The notes under the pieces are model-generated. The model made no database searches. It saw only the letters and a list, made by a program, of their open reading frames with translations, and was not told where the DNA came from. A stretch of 64,000 nt of DNA from an uncultured Planctomycetota bacterium (lineage in GTDB: Bacteria > Planctomycetota > Planctomycetia > Isosphaerales > Isosphaeraceae). Shown here piece by piece: positions 42,985 to 52,986 of this stretch (position 1 is the first letter of the stretch; the number at the start of each line of letters is the position of its first letter). The translations under genes and the position numbers were made by a program. The DNA is taken from positions 544,001-608,000 of the forward strand of contig CAWGMQ010000011.1 of NCBI GenBank assembly GCA_963823665.1. The letters run 5' to 3'.

Positions 42985-43421
42985 ATGATCTTTCGGAGAT
43001 CTTGAAACTGTGCGCATTGGGCGGTGTTGCCGGTGTGCTGAGCGGAATGTTCGGAATCGGCGGGGGCCTGGTGATCGTGCCGGCGCTCGTGCTCATCTTC
43101 GGTTTTGACATCAAATCCGCAGTGGGCACGTCGCTGTTCGTGATCCTGCTGCCGACCGGGTTGCTCGGCGTGCTGGAGTATCACAAGAATGGCCAGCTAA
43201 AGATTCCGGCCGGGCTGATGATTGCGCTCGGTGTCTTCGTCGGCGCGTTTTTCGGGGCCAAGCTCGCCGGTGCGGTGTCGGCGGCCACGATGCGGCGATC
43301 TTATGCGGTGTTCTTGCTGCTCGTCGCCGGATATTTCCTGCTGGTGGCGCCGCCGATCACACCCAAGGTGATCGAGCCCGCGCAGGCAGCGCCCGTGGGC
43401 GAGGACGGGCCTGGCTCTTAG
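42981..43421 (+). CDS. TauE/SafE (TSUP) family membrane protein, half-size
   Basis: SGMFGIGGGLVIVPAL, AVGTSL. Confidence 0.85.
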   Translation: MNDLSEILKLCALGGVAGVLSGMFGIGGGLVIVPALVLIFGFDIKSAVGTSLFVILLPTGLLGVLEYHKNGQLKIPAGLMIALGVFVGAFFGAKLAGAVSAATMRRSYAVFLLLVAGYFLLVAPPITPKVIEPAQAAPVGEDGPGS

Positions 43422-43834
43422 CCACCCGTCCACTGGCCGCCGGATTTGTCCTGATAGATCGACCAGACGAAGCCGTCCGGGTCGCGGAGGGCAAACTCGC
43501 GCCAGCCCCAGCTCTGGTCGGTGGGCTCGCCGGAGACGCTCAAGAGGGCACCCTGGTTCAAGCAGTGGTCGTAAAACCCATCGACGTCGTCGACCTGGAC
43601 CTGGAGATGGATTCCCACTCCGACGCGCGTATCGGTGAACTCATCGGCGTGCGGCTCCTGCGGATGCAGCATCAGGGTGAAGCCGCCGATACGGAGAATC
43701 GCCAGCGACAGCGGTGCACCTTCAGTCTCGGCGTGGACCTGGACGACCTCGGCGCCGACGACTTCGTTGTAGAACTCAAGAGACCGGCGAACGTCCTTGA
43801 CGTAGAGAAAGACGCTCGTAACACGGCCCACCAT
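43418..43834 (-). CDS. VOC/glyoxalase family protein
   Basis: LYVKDVRRSLEFY; WGWREFALRDPDG. Confidence 0.9.
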   Translation of the reverse strand: MVGRVTSVFLYVKDVRRSLEFYNEVVGAEVVQVHAETEGAPLSLAILRIGGFTLMLHPQEPHADEFTDTRVGVGIHLQVQVDDVDGFYDHCLNQGALLSVSGEPTDQSWGWREFALRDPDGFVWSIYQDKSGGQWTGG

Positions 43835-44115
43835 CCCGACCCCCCTGTCGTTTCGACGAAAAAATCGACCGAAGTCGCGTATCTTTCCAGGGATGCTGTT
43901 ATTCCTCGCACGCGGCTTCCTCGGAGATTAACCCGATCCGTGATTTATGACAATCGAAACCGGGAAGCGAATTGCGCGAAGACGGAGTGGTGGGGAGGGT
44001 CGTGAGGGCTTGCGAAATTGCGATGGGAGCGGTCAAAGAGTACGATGCGTTCGGCGAATGATCCCCCGGCAATCATCAGTGGCGGGGAACGGGAGTACGT
44101 TCGGGAGTTGACTGG

Positions 44116-44334
44116 ATGGAACAAATTGTCGTAAGCGACCAGCAGGCCAGACTGATTGCGGAAGCAACTGAAAGCATCGAAATCCGAGATGCCAAGGGGA
44201 GCCACCTTGGATATGTGGCGCACGGCTTCACGGAGGAGGATATAGCGATTGCGAAACAACGCTCGGCGTCGGTCCAGCCCCGATACACGACAGCGCAGGT
44301 TCTCGATCATTTGCGATCACTGGACCGCAAATGA
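44116..44334 (+). CDS. Small hypothetical, antitoxin-like protein
   Basis: 72 aa ending YTTAQVLDHLRSL. Confidence 0.55.
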   Translation: MEQIVVSDQQARLIAEATESIEIRDAKGSHLGYVAHGFTEEDIAIAKQRSASVQPRYTTAQVLDHLRSLDRK

Positions 44335-44377
44335 ACCGCTATCACCCGATGCTCGAACGTCTTGGCCACGGCCGCGG

Positions 44378-45112
44378 TCATGTGATCCACAAATCGTGGC
44401 ACGCTTGCTCGTAACTCTGCTCCAGATCCAGCGGAATGACGAGATCGGCCGTCAACCACAACGGTAACGTTGGCAACGGTTCGCCAACAGTCAAAACGTG
44501 CGCCCAGGCTTCGAGGATCGTTCGTTTCTCCTTTTTCACCCAGCGGCACGACGTGGCGTAGATGGGGGGGGGTGGGTCGCTCAACGTCGGGTCGCTGTGA
44601 CCCACAAAGGCCAACACCTCGGCATATAGGTTGAATTGCCGAATGGTCACGAGGTCGACGATGCTGACGGCGACCCCTCTTTGAAGTAGCGCCGCACACT
44701 TGCCGACAAAGGCATTCCGATGCTCGGGACGATCTTTGTTTCCGGGGCTGACGATCTCGATGGCCGCGACCAGATGCCGACCCCGTCTGGCGTCGTAGAT
44801 TCGGACTTCGTATTCATCGAAATCGGGCAGGCTCGTTTCCACGGCCAGGCTGGGACGTGCCGGTGCCCACACGGCGGTTGCCACCCCGCCGTTTCCTTCG
44901 GTCGTCCCGGAAATCGGCGGGGACTCGTCTTTCTCGAACGCCGCGACATCGATCTCGATCTGCGATCCGGAGTGAACGCGTGGACCAGCGACATACCCAG
45001 CCGGGAGCATCTTCCGCAAGTGCTGCACAATCATGGCGGGCCACTGACCGTGTAGCTCTTCCCACGAAGCGATTTCATCCAGTGGCGGTCGAAAATGGTC
45101 GCGTAATGGCAT
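44378..45112 (-). CDS. DUF4058-like protein (PD-(D/E)xK-like)
   Basis: MPLRDHFRPP, LVAAIEIVSPGNKDR, PLPTLPLWL. Confidence 0.8.
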   Translation of the reverse strand: MPLRDHFRPPLDEIASWEELHGQWPAMIVQHLRKMLPAGYVAGPRVHSGSQIEIDVAAFEKDESPPISGTTEGNGGVATAVWAPARPSLAVETSLPDFDEYEVRIYDARRGRHLVAAIEIVSPGNKDRPEHRNAFVGKCAALLQRGVAVSIVDLVTIRQFNLYAEVLAFVGHSDPTLSDPPPPIYATSCRWVKKEKRTILEAWAHVLTVGEPLPTLPLWLTADLVIPLDLEQSYEQACHDLWIT

Positions 45113-45223
45113 GATTCGGTTCTTCTTACTCCCAGAGTATCCGAACTCTGTCGCGGCCCAAGGGGAGCGAGGTGACAATCACTTATTCTGGGACAAATGC
45201 CCTCATTGACGACTCGTTTCACT

Positions 45224-48200
45224 CTAACGTTTTTTGGCATTCGCCGCTTCCCATTTGGTCCTCCACTCCGCCGCCTCGTCCTTCTTGTCCATGGCCTCGT
45301 ACAGTTGCACTAACCGTTCGATGGCTTCGGGAAGTCGGGCTTTGCCCTGCGGCGGAATCGTCTTCTCCCGCTGCTTCATTCCCTCGTAACCGGCCAGCAG
45401 GAGCGGCTCGGCGTCGGCGAATTTCTTCTGGCCTAGCAAGGCGCCGCCGAGTATCGACTTCGTGTTGAAAGTGGACCACACGTCGGCCTGCGTTTTTTCG
45501 CGGATGGCCAGGCACTCGCGGAGAAGCGGTTCGGCCTCGGTCCATTTCTTCTGTTGCAGGAGGCTGCTACCGATCTGGGCGAGCATGCCAGCCAGTTGGG
45601 GACTGTCCTTCGGCAGCGTTTTCCGAGCAATGGGCAATTGCTCCGGGAGCAAGCCGCTAAGCTTGGCGTCCTCGCCCGCCTTCGCATAAGCGTCCATCAA
45701 TTGGGTGCCGACCCAGCGGAGCGAGGGGAGGTTTTTCGCCGATTGATGGGCTTCTTCGAGGAGTGGGATCGCCTCCTTGAGCCGGCCGGCGTCCTTGTAG
45801 TTGACCCCGAGGTTGGCCACTGTCTGCTGCGTATTCAGGTGACGGCGGCCGAACTTGGCCTCTTGCCGCTTGAGCACATCCTCGAACAGAGGCACGGATT
45901 TGCCGAATTGCTTTGTACTCCAGTACGCCGAGGCGAGGTTGTTGATCGTGGTCAGCATGTCGGAGTGGTCGGGGCCGAGCTTGGCGATCTGGGTGTCGCG
46001 GACGCGTTCGAGAAGGGCGATCGCGTCTGAGAGCTTGCCAACGTTCCGGTACGCCGCTGCGAGGTTCTTGATCGTCTTCAGGGTGTCGGGGTGGTCGGGG
46101 CCGAGCTTGGCGATCTTGACGTCGCGGGTGCGCTCCAAGACGACGATCGCCTCGGGGATCCTGCCGATCGCCTGGTACGCCACGGCGAGGTTGTTGAGCG
46201 TGTTCAGGGTGTCGGGGTCGTCGGGGCCGAGCTTGGCCATCCGGGCGTCGCGGGCGCTCTCCAAGACCACGATTGCCTCGGGAAGCCTGGAGGCGTCCAT
46301 GTACACCCGGGCGAGATTGTCGAGCGTGTTCAGGGTCTCGGGGTGATCTGGGCCGAGCTTGGCGATCCGGGCGACGCGGACGCGCTCAAGAAGGGCGATC
46401 GCCTCGGGGAGCTTGCCGAGGGACCCGTATGCCGAGGCGAGGTCGTTTTGCGTTAAAAGGCTGTCGGGGTGGTCGGGGCCGAGCCCGGCGATCCGGGCGT
46501 CGCGGACGCGTTCGAGAAGGGCGATCGCCTCGGGGAGCCTGCCGGCGTCCCGGTACGCCGAGGCGAGGTTGTGAAGCGTGTTCACGGTGTCGTGGTGGTC
46601 TTGGCTGAACTCGGCGAGGCTGTTGAGCGCGCTCGGGCGCTGGGGTAGTTGGGGCCGACCTTGGCGATCAGGGCGTCGCAGGCTCGCTCGAGAATGGCGA
46701 TCGCCTCGGGGAGCCTGCCGGCGGCTTGGTACGCCGAGGTGAGGGTGTTGAGCGTGATCAGGGTGTCGTGGTGGCCGGGGCCGAGTGTACCTTCGAGTCC
46801 CTTGGCGGCCGCCTCCGCCATCGCCAAGACTTCGGCGTCCACTCGACCGCGGTGTTGAAGAATGTGCGCGAGAAAGCCTTGAGCGTAATAGCCTTCGGGC
46901 GACCGTGGATCTCGCTTCCGCGCCGCTTCGAGCACGGCCCGCAATTGCGCTTCGGCCTTTTCCCAGGACGCCAGGCCGTGGTAGGTATTCGCGATTGTCC
47001 TGCGGAGTGCGCGTTCGAGCTCCGGCTGGTCCGCAAACCGCGTTCCTACCTTCGCGGCCGCGCGGTCGAGGACTTCCAGAAGCGTGACCTTGTCTTCCAC
47101 GGCGTTGTTCGCCGGCTCGGCCTGGGTGAGCAGGTCCTGGGTGAGGAAGTCATTGATCGTCTGGGCCTTGGCCCGCTCCTGGCGCGCCTTGGTTTCGGAG
47201 GCGATCGCCTTGTCGCGCTGTTCGTCAGCCGCGGCGCGCTGTTCGGCTTCCGCGTCGCGGGCCCGCTGGGCTTCGATCTTGGCATTTCGCTCGCCATCGG
47301 CCCGCTCGCGTTCAGCCACGCGAGCGCGGTTCGCCTCCCACATGCCCCACGACGTACCGATGATCCCGGCCAGCAGCGTGAGCAGGAGAAGACTCGCCGC
47401 GATCACCTGCCCCTTGTTCCGCCTGACGAATTTCCTCAAGCGGTAGCCGCGGCTGGGCGGACGGGCCTCGACGACCTCGTCGGCCAGGTACCGCTGGATA
47501 TCTCGCGCGAAGCCGTTGGCCGTCTCGTAGCGCCTGGTGCGATCCTTCTCGATCGCCTTCATCACCACCCAGTCGAGCTCGCCCTGCAACAGCTTCGACA
47601 GCCTGGCGGGCTCGATACTCCGGTTGGCGGCGATGTTCGGCAGTGCTTCGGCGGTGCTCAGCTTGGTGCTGGGACGCGGCGGATCGACCTCGCGCACCAT
47701 TCGTAGCATCTCGAGGATGGCACCCCGCTGGAACTGCTTGGCGCTTAACGGCGGCGACCCCGTGAGCAGTTCGTAGAGCATGACGCCCAGGGCGTATACG
47801 TCGGTGCGTGTGTCGATATCCGTCGACGTCGGGTTGGCCTGTTCCGGCGACATGTACGCCGGCGTTCCCACGATCGCCCCGAGGTCGGCCAAGCTCATGT
47901 CGGTGAGCTTCAGTTCGGTCGCCTTGGCCACGCCGAAGTCGATCACCTTCGGCGTGGGCCGCCCATCCACCTCCGTGACCAGCACGTTGCCTGGCTTCAG
48001 ATCGCGGTGGATGATTCCCTTCTGGTGAGCGTGTTGCACCGCCTGGCAGACCGCCACGAACAGCTCCAGTCGGGCTGGCACTGACAGCCGCTGCTGGTCG
48101 CAATACTCGGTAAGCGGCACTCCCTTGACCAGCTCCATGACGAAGAACGGCTGCCCGGCCGGGGTGAGGCCGCCGTCGTAGATGCGCGCGATGTTGGGAT

Positions 48201-48783
48201 GGTCCATCAGCGCGAGGGCCTGGCGCTCGGCGTCGAACCGGGCCAGCACTCCGCGTGAATCCATCCCGGTCTTGATCAGCTTGAGCGCCACCTCACGCGT
48301 CACTGGCTCGGTCTGCCTCGCCAGATAGACCGATCCCATGCCGCCCTCGCCGATCACGTCGACGAGTGTGTATCGGCCGGCGATCACGGTGCCGATTCCT
48401 TCGCGCGTTGTGGCCTTTGTCGCGCGGGGCCCCGTGGCCGAGAATTCCCATGCCGTGGTGGCATCGAAATCGGGGTGGGCAGACGTCGCGGTCGCCCAGC
48501 CTGGGCCTGGATCCTCGGTTGGCATATCGGTCGGGTCCGGCGCGTCCGGGTCGAACGCCTGAGTGGCGGAGGTTCTGTCCGGGAGTAGGGCGGTCGCCGG
48601 TTGGCTGCATGCGGGTTCGACGATGCTGTCGGGAGCGGCGTGTGCGGCCAGCAGTCGATCGACGTCGGCCCGCAGGTCGGCATCGCTTCCGCAAGCCTCG
48701 GCCAGGTATCTCGGCCGCTCTTCCGATGAGAGTTCGACGGCGGCGAGGAAGACATCGCGGACGCGGCCTGGATCGGCGGGCAT
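45224..48783 (-). CDS. Ser/Thr protein kinase with C-terminal 42-aa TPR repeats, copy A; frameshift near 46640
   Basis: GEGGMG, VALK, HRDLKP.N, DFG, YMSPEQ; LGPDHPDTL repeats; split across two ORFs. Confidence 0.85.
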
Positions 48784-48925
48784 GACTTGACCTCCTGGTT
48801 CACCCTTCAATGCGGATTTGCCGTCGATTGAGTCTCAAGAGATTCCGGATTCTTTTCCAGACCCGTCGGTGGGTCGCTCGGCCGGGACAACGGCTCGCTC
48901 GCACCGCTGACGGGTAGCCCGCCCT

Positions 48926-51900
48926 TCACTTCTTCTCCGCCGGCATCGGGGCCGCATTGGGGTACTTCGCCCGCTCCGCTTGCCACTCCTTGACTTCGTC
49001 CAGCTTGTTCGTGGCGGTGGAGAGCTCGATCAGCCGTTCGATGGCCTCGGGGATGCGGTCTTTGCCCTGCGGCGGGATCGTCTTCTCCCTCTGCTTCATC
49101 CCTTCGTAGCCCTTCCGCAATAGCGGTTCGGCTTCGGCGTACTTCTTCTGGCCCAGCAGGGCGCCGCCGAGCTGCGACTTCGTGTTGAAGGTGGACCAGA
49201 CATCGGGCTGCGTCTTCTCGCGGATGGCGAGGCACTCGCGGAGGAGCGGCTCGGCCTCGGTCCATTTCTTCTGTTGCAGGAGGATCAGACTGATCTGGGC
49301 GAGCAAGCCGGTCAGTTCGGGGCTCGCCTTAGGCAGCGTGTTTCGAGCTTCGGCTAGTTCCTCCGGGAGCAAGTCGGTGAGCTTCGCGTTCTCGCCCGCC
49401 TTCATATAGGCGTCGATTAATTCAAGGCCTAGAAAGCGAAGCTTTGGGATTCTCTTTGCCGCTTGATGGCCTTCCTCGAGGAGCGGGATCGCCTCCTTGA
49501 GCCGGCCGGCATCCTTGTAGTTGATCCCGAGGTTCGCCACCGTCACCTGTGTATCCGGGTGCTGGCGGCCGAGCTTGGCCTCTTGCCGTTTGAGCACGTC
49601 CTCGAACAGAGGGACCGATTTGTCGAGTTGCTTGGTAGTCCAGTACGCCGTGGCGAGGTTGTTGAGCGTGGTCAGGGTGTCGGGGTGGTCGGGGCTGAGC
49701 TTGGCGATCCGGGCGTCGCGGACGCGCTCGAAGAGGGCGATCGCCTCGGGGAGCCTGCCGACGTCCCTGTACGCCAGGGCGAGGTTGTTGAGCGTCTTCA
49801 AGGTGTGGGGGTGGTCAGGGCCGAACGTGGCGATCGAGGCGTGGCGGACGCGCTCGAAAAGGGTGATCGCCTCGGGGAGCCTGCCGACGGACTGGTACGC
49901 CTGAGCGAGGCCGATTTGCGCGGTCAGGGTTTCGGGGTGGTCCGGGCCGAACGTGGCGATCCGGGCGTGGCGGACGCGCTCGAACAAGGCGATCGCCTCG
50001 GGGATCCTGCCGACGGCAATGTACGTCAAAGCAAGGTTGTTGAGCGTGCGGAGGGTATCGGGGTGGTCGGGGCCGAGCTTGGTGACCCGGACGTCGCGGA
50101 CGCGCTCGAACAGGGCGATCGCCTCGGGGAGCTTGCCGGCTTTCAGGTACATCCCGGCGAGGTTATGGAGCGTGTTCAGAGTTTCGGGGTGGTTGGGGCC
50201 GAGCTTGGCGATAAAGGCATCGCGGACGCGCTCGAAGAGGGCGATCGCCTCCGGGAGCTTTCCGATCTTGTCGTACACTAAGCCGAGGTGGCTGAGCGTG
50301 ATCAGGGTGGAGGGGTCGTCGGGGCCGAGTGTGCGTTCGAGTCCCTTTGCGGCCGCCTCGGCCATCTCCAAGACCTCGGCGTCCGATCGACCGCGGTGGA
50401 AAAGAATGTGCGCGAGGTAACCTTGCGTGCCATAGGCTATGGCCGACGGCGCATCACGCTGCCGCGCTGTGTCTAGCGAGGCCCGCAATTGAGCTTCGGC
50501 CTTTTCCCAGGACGCAAGGCCGTGATACGTCTTCGCAATCGTCCCACGGAGGTGAAGCTCGAGTTCCGGCTTATCCGCGAACCGCGTTCCCACCTTTTCA
50601 GCCGCGCGGTCGAGGACTTCCAGGAGCGTGACCTTGTCCTCGACTGCGTTGTTCGCCGGCTCGGCCTGGGTGAGCAGGTCGTTGGTGAGGAAGTCGTTGA
50701 TCGTCTGGGTCTTCGCGGCCTCCTCGCGGGCCTTGGTTTCGGAGGCGATCGCCTTGTCGCGCTGGTCGACCGCATTGGCACGCTGTTCGGCTTCCGACTG
50801 CTGTGCCCGCCGGGCGAATGCCATTCCCAAACTGGTGCCCACGATCCCGCCGACCAACGTCAAGAAGACCAGGCTCGCGGCGATCACCTGCCCCTTGTTG
50901 CGCTTGACGAATTTCTTCAAGCGGTAGCCGCGGCTGGGCGGCCGGGCTTCGACGACTTCGTCGGCCAGATACCGCTGGACGTCGCGGGCGAATCCGCTCG
51001 CCGTCTCGTAGCGCCGGGTGCGGTCTTTCTCGAGCGCCTTCATCACGACCCAGTCGAGCTCGCCTTGCAGAAGTTTTGCGAGCCTGGCCGGATCAATGCT
51101 CCGGTTCGCCGCGATGCTCGGCAGGGCGTCGGCGGTGCTCAGCTTGGTGCTCGGCCGCGGCGGGTCGACCTCGCGGACCATCCGCAGCATCTCGAGGATG
51201 GCACCGCGCTGGAATTGCTTGGCATCCAGCGGCGGCGAGCCGGTCAGCAACTCGTAGAGCATCACACCGAGAGCGTACACGTCGGTGCGGGTGTCGATGT
51301 CCATCGAAGAGGGGTCGGCCTGCTCGGGCGACATGTACGCCGGAGTGCCGACGATTGCTCCGACGTCGGCCAGGCTCATGTCGGTCAGCTTCACCTCGGT
51401 CGCCTTGGCCACGCCGAAGTCGATCACCTTCGGCGTGGGCCGCCCATCCACCTCCGTGACCAGCACGTTGCCTGGCTTCAGGTCGCGGTGAATGATCCCC
51501 TTCTGGTGAGCGTGCTGGACAGCTTGACACACCGCCGCGAAAAGCTCCAGTCGGGCTGGCACCGACAGCCGCTGCTTGTCGCAGTACTCGGTGAGCGGCA
51601 CCCCGTTGACCAGCTCCATGACGAAGAACGGCTGCCCGGCCGGGGTGAGGCCGCCGTCGTAGATGCGGGCGATGTTCGGGTGGTCCATCAAGGCGAGGGC
51701 CTGGCGCTCGGCGTCGAAACGGGCCAGCACTCCCCGCGAGTCCATCCCGGTCTTGATCAGCTTGAGCGCCACCTGCCGCTTGACCGGCTCGGTCTGGCCC
51801 GCGAGGTACACCGATCCCATGCCGCCCTCGCCGATCACCTCGACGAGCGTGTACCGGCCAGCGATGACGGTGCCGATCCCTTCACCCGTCGTGGCCCTTG

Positions 51901-52300
51901 TCGCGCGGCGGCCCGTGGCCGAGTATTCCCGTGCCGTGGTGGCATCTAAATCGGAGGGGTGGGCAGACGTCCCCGTCGCCCCGCCTGGGCCTGGATCCTC
52001 GTTTGCCATATCCGTCGGGTCCGGCGATTCCGGGTCGAACGCGGCGGTGGACATTCCGCCCGGGAGAGTGGCGGTCCCGCGACTGTCGGAGACGGATGCA
52101 GCGGTGGCTTGCGCAGTGGTGGGTGATCGGGGTTCGACGATGCTGTCCGGGGCGGCGTGTGCGGCCAGCAGTCGATCGACCTCGGACCGGAGATCGGCAT
52201 CCCGTCCGCAGGCCCCCGCCAGGTAGGCCGGCCGCTGTTCCGGTGAAAGTTCGATGGCTGCGAGGAACACATCGCGGACGCGATTCGGATCGCCGGGCAT
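48926..52300 (-). CDS. Ser/Thr protein kinase with TM segment and TPR repeats, copy B
   Basis: Full Hanks kinase motifs; LGPDHPDTL repeats; paralogue of copy A. Confidence 0.93.
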   Translation of the reverse strand: MPGDPNRVRDVFLAAIELSPEQRPAYLAGACGRDADLRSEVDRLLAAHAAPDSIVEPRSPTTAQATAASVSDSRGTATLPGGMSTAAFDPESPDPTDMANEDPGPGGATGTSAHPSDLDATTAREYSATGRRATRATTGEGIGTVIAGRYTLVEVIGEGGMGSVYLAGQTEPVKRQVALKLIKTGMDSRGVLARFDAERQALALMDHPNIARIYDGGLTPAGQPFFVMELVNGVPLTEYCDKQRLSVPARLELFAAVCQAVQHAHQKGIIHRDLKPGNVLVTEVDGRPTPKVIDFGVAKATEVKLTDMSLADVGAIVGTPAYMSPEQADPSSMDIDTRTDVYALGVMLYELLTGSPPLDAKQFQRGAILEMLRMVREVDPPRPSTKLSTADALPSIAANRSIDPARLAKLLQGELDWVVMKALEKDRTRRYETASGFARDVQRYLADEVVEARPPSRGYRLKKFVKRNKGQVIAASLVFLTLVGGIVGTSLGMAFARRAQQSEAEQRANAVDQRDKAIASETKAREEAAKTQTINDFLTNDLLTQAEPANNAVEDKVTLLEVLDRAAEKVGTRFADKPELELHLRGTIAKTYHGLASWEKAEAQLRASLDTARQRDAPSAIAYGTQGYLAHILFHRGRSDAEVLEMAEAAAKGLERTLGPDDPSTLITLSHLGLVYDKIGKLPEAIALFERVRDAFIAKLGPNHPETLNTLHNLAGMYLKAGKLPEAIALFERVRDVRVTKLGPDHPDTLRTLNNLALTYIAVGRIPEAIALFERVRHARIATFGPDHPETLTAQIGLAQAYQSVGRLPEAITLFERVRHASIATFGPDHPHTLKTLNNLALAYRDVGRLPEAIALFERVRDARIAKLSPDHPDTLTTLNNLATAYWTTKQLDKSVPLFEDVLKRQEAKLGRQHPDTQVTVANLGINYKDAGRLKEAIPLLEEGHQAAKRIPKLRFLGLELIDAYMKAGENAKLTDLLPEELAEARNTLPKASPELTGLLAQISLILLQQKKWTEAEPLLRECLAIREKTQPDVWSTFNTKSQLGGALLGQKKYAEAEPLLRKGYEGMKQREKTIPPQGKDRIPEAIERLIELSTATNKLDEVKEWQAERAKYPNAAPMPAEKK

Positions 52301-52367
52301 GATCTGACCTCCTGGTTCACCCTTCAATGCGGATTTGCCGCCGGTCGAGTCTCAACAAACTCCGAAA

Positions 52368-52928
52368 TCATTTCCCCGACCCGTCGGCGAGACGTGAGGT
52401 CAACCAGGCCCGGGCGTAAGTCCAGAGTCGGAAGGCGGTTGCACGGGGAATACCGAGGGCGTCGCCCGCTTCTTGGACGGAGAGGCCGCCGAAGACCCGC
52501 AGCTTCGCCAGCTCGGCGGCCGACGGTTCGATCGCCGTGAACCGGGTGAGAGCATCGTCCAGGTCGATCCAGCGGTCGGGGTCGGAGCCGCGGGCGGGCA
52601 AGCGATCCGGGTCGAGGTCGGCACGCGCGGCGCGGTCGCCGCGCTTCTCCGCCCGTTTCGCCCGGGCGTGGTCGACGAGGATCCGGCGCATGGCCTCGGC
52701 GGCCGCGGCGAAGAAGTGACCGCGGCCATCGAACTGCTGATCCCCGACGAGCTTCAGGTAAGCTTCGTGAACCAGGGCGGTGGCGTCGAGGGTGTGCCCG
52801 GGAGCTTCGGCCGCCATGCGTGCGGCGGCGAGCTTCCGCAGCTCATCGTAGACGAGCGGTAGCAACTGGGCTGCGGCCTTGCAGTCGCCGGCTCCTGCGG
52901 CCTCGAGCAGGCGGGTCAGATCGGGCAT
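52368..52928 (-). CDS. ECF sigma factor (kinase-associated type)
   Basis: LLPLVYDELRKLAA, ATALVHEAYL, FFAAAAEAMRRILVD, WTYARAWL. Confidence 0.93.
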   Translation of the reverse strand: MPDLTRLLEAAGAGDCKAAAQLLPLVYDELRKLAAARMAAEAPGHTLDATALVHEAYLKLVGDQQFDGRGHFFAAAAEAMRRILVDHARAKRAEKRGDRAARADLDPDRLPARGSDPDRWIDLDDALTRFTAIEPSAAELAKLRVFGGLSVQEAGDALGIPRATAFRLWTYARAWLTSRLADGSGK

Positions 52929-52986
52929 GAGGGCGAGTTTATCAGCGCCCGGCGGCTGAAGCACACAGAAACCAAGCGGGTGACGA

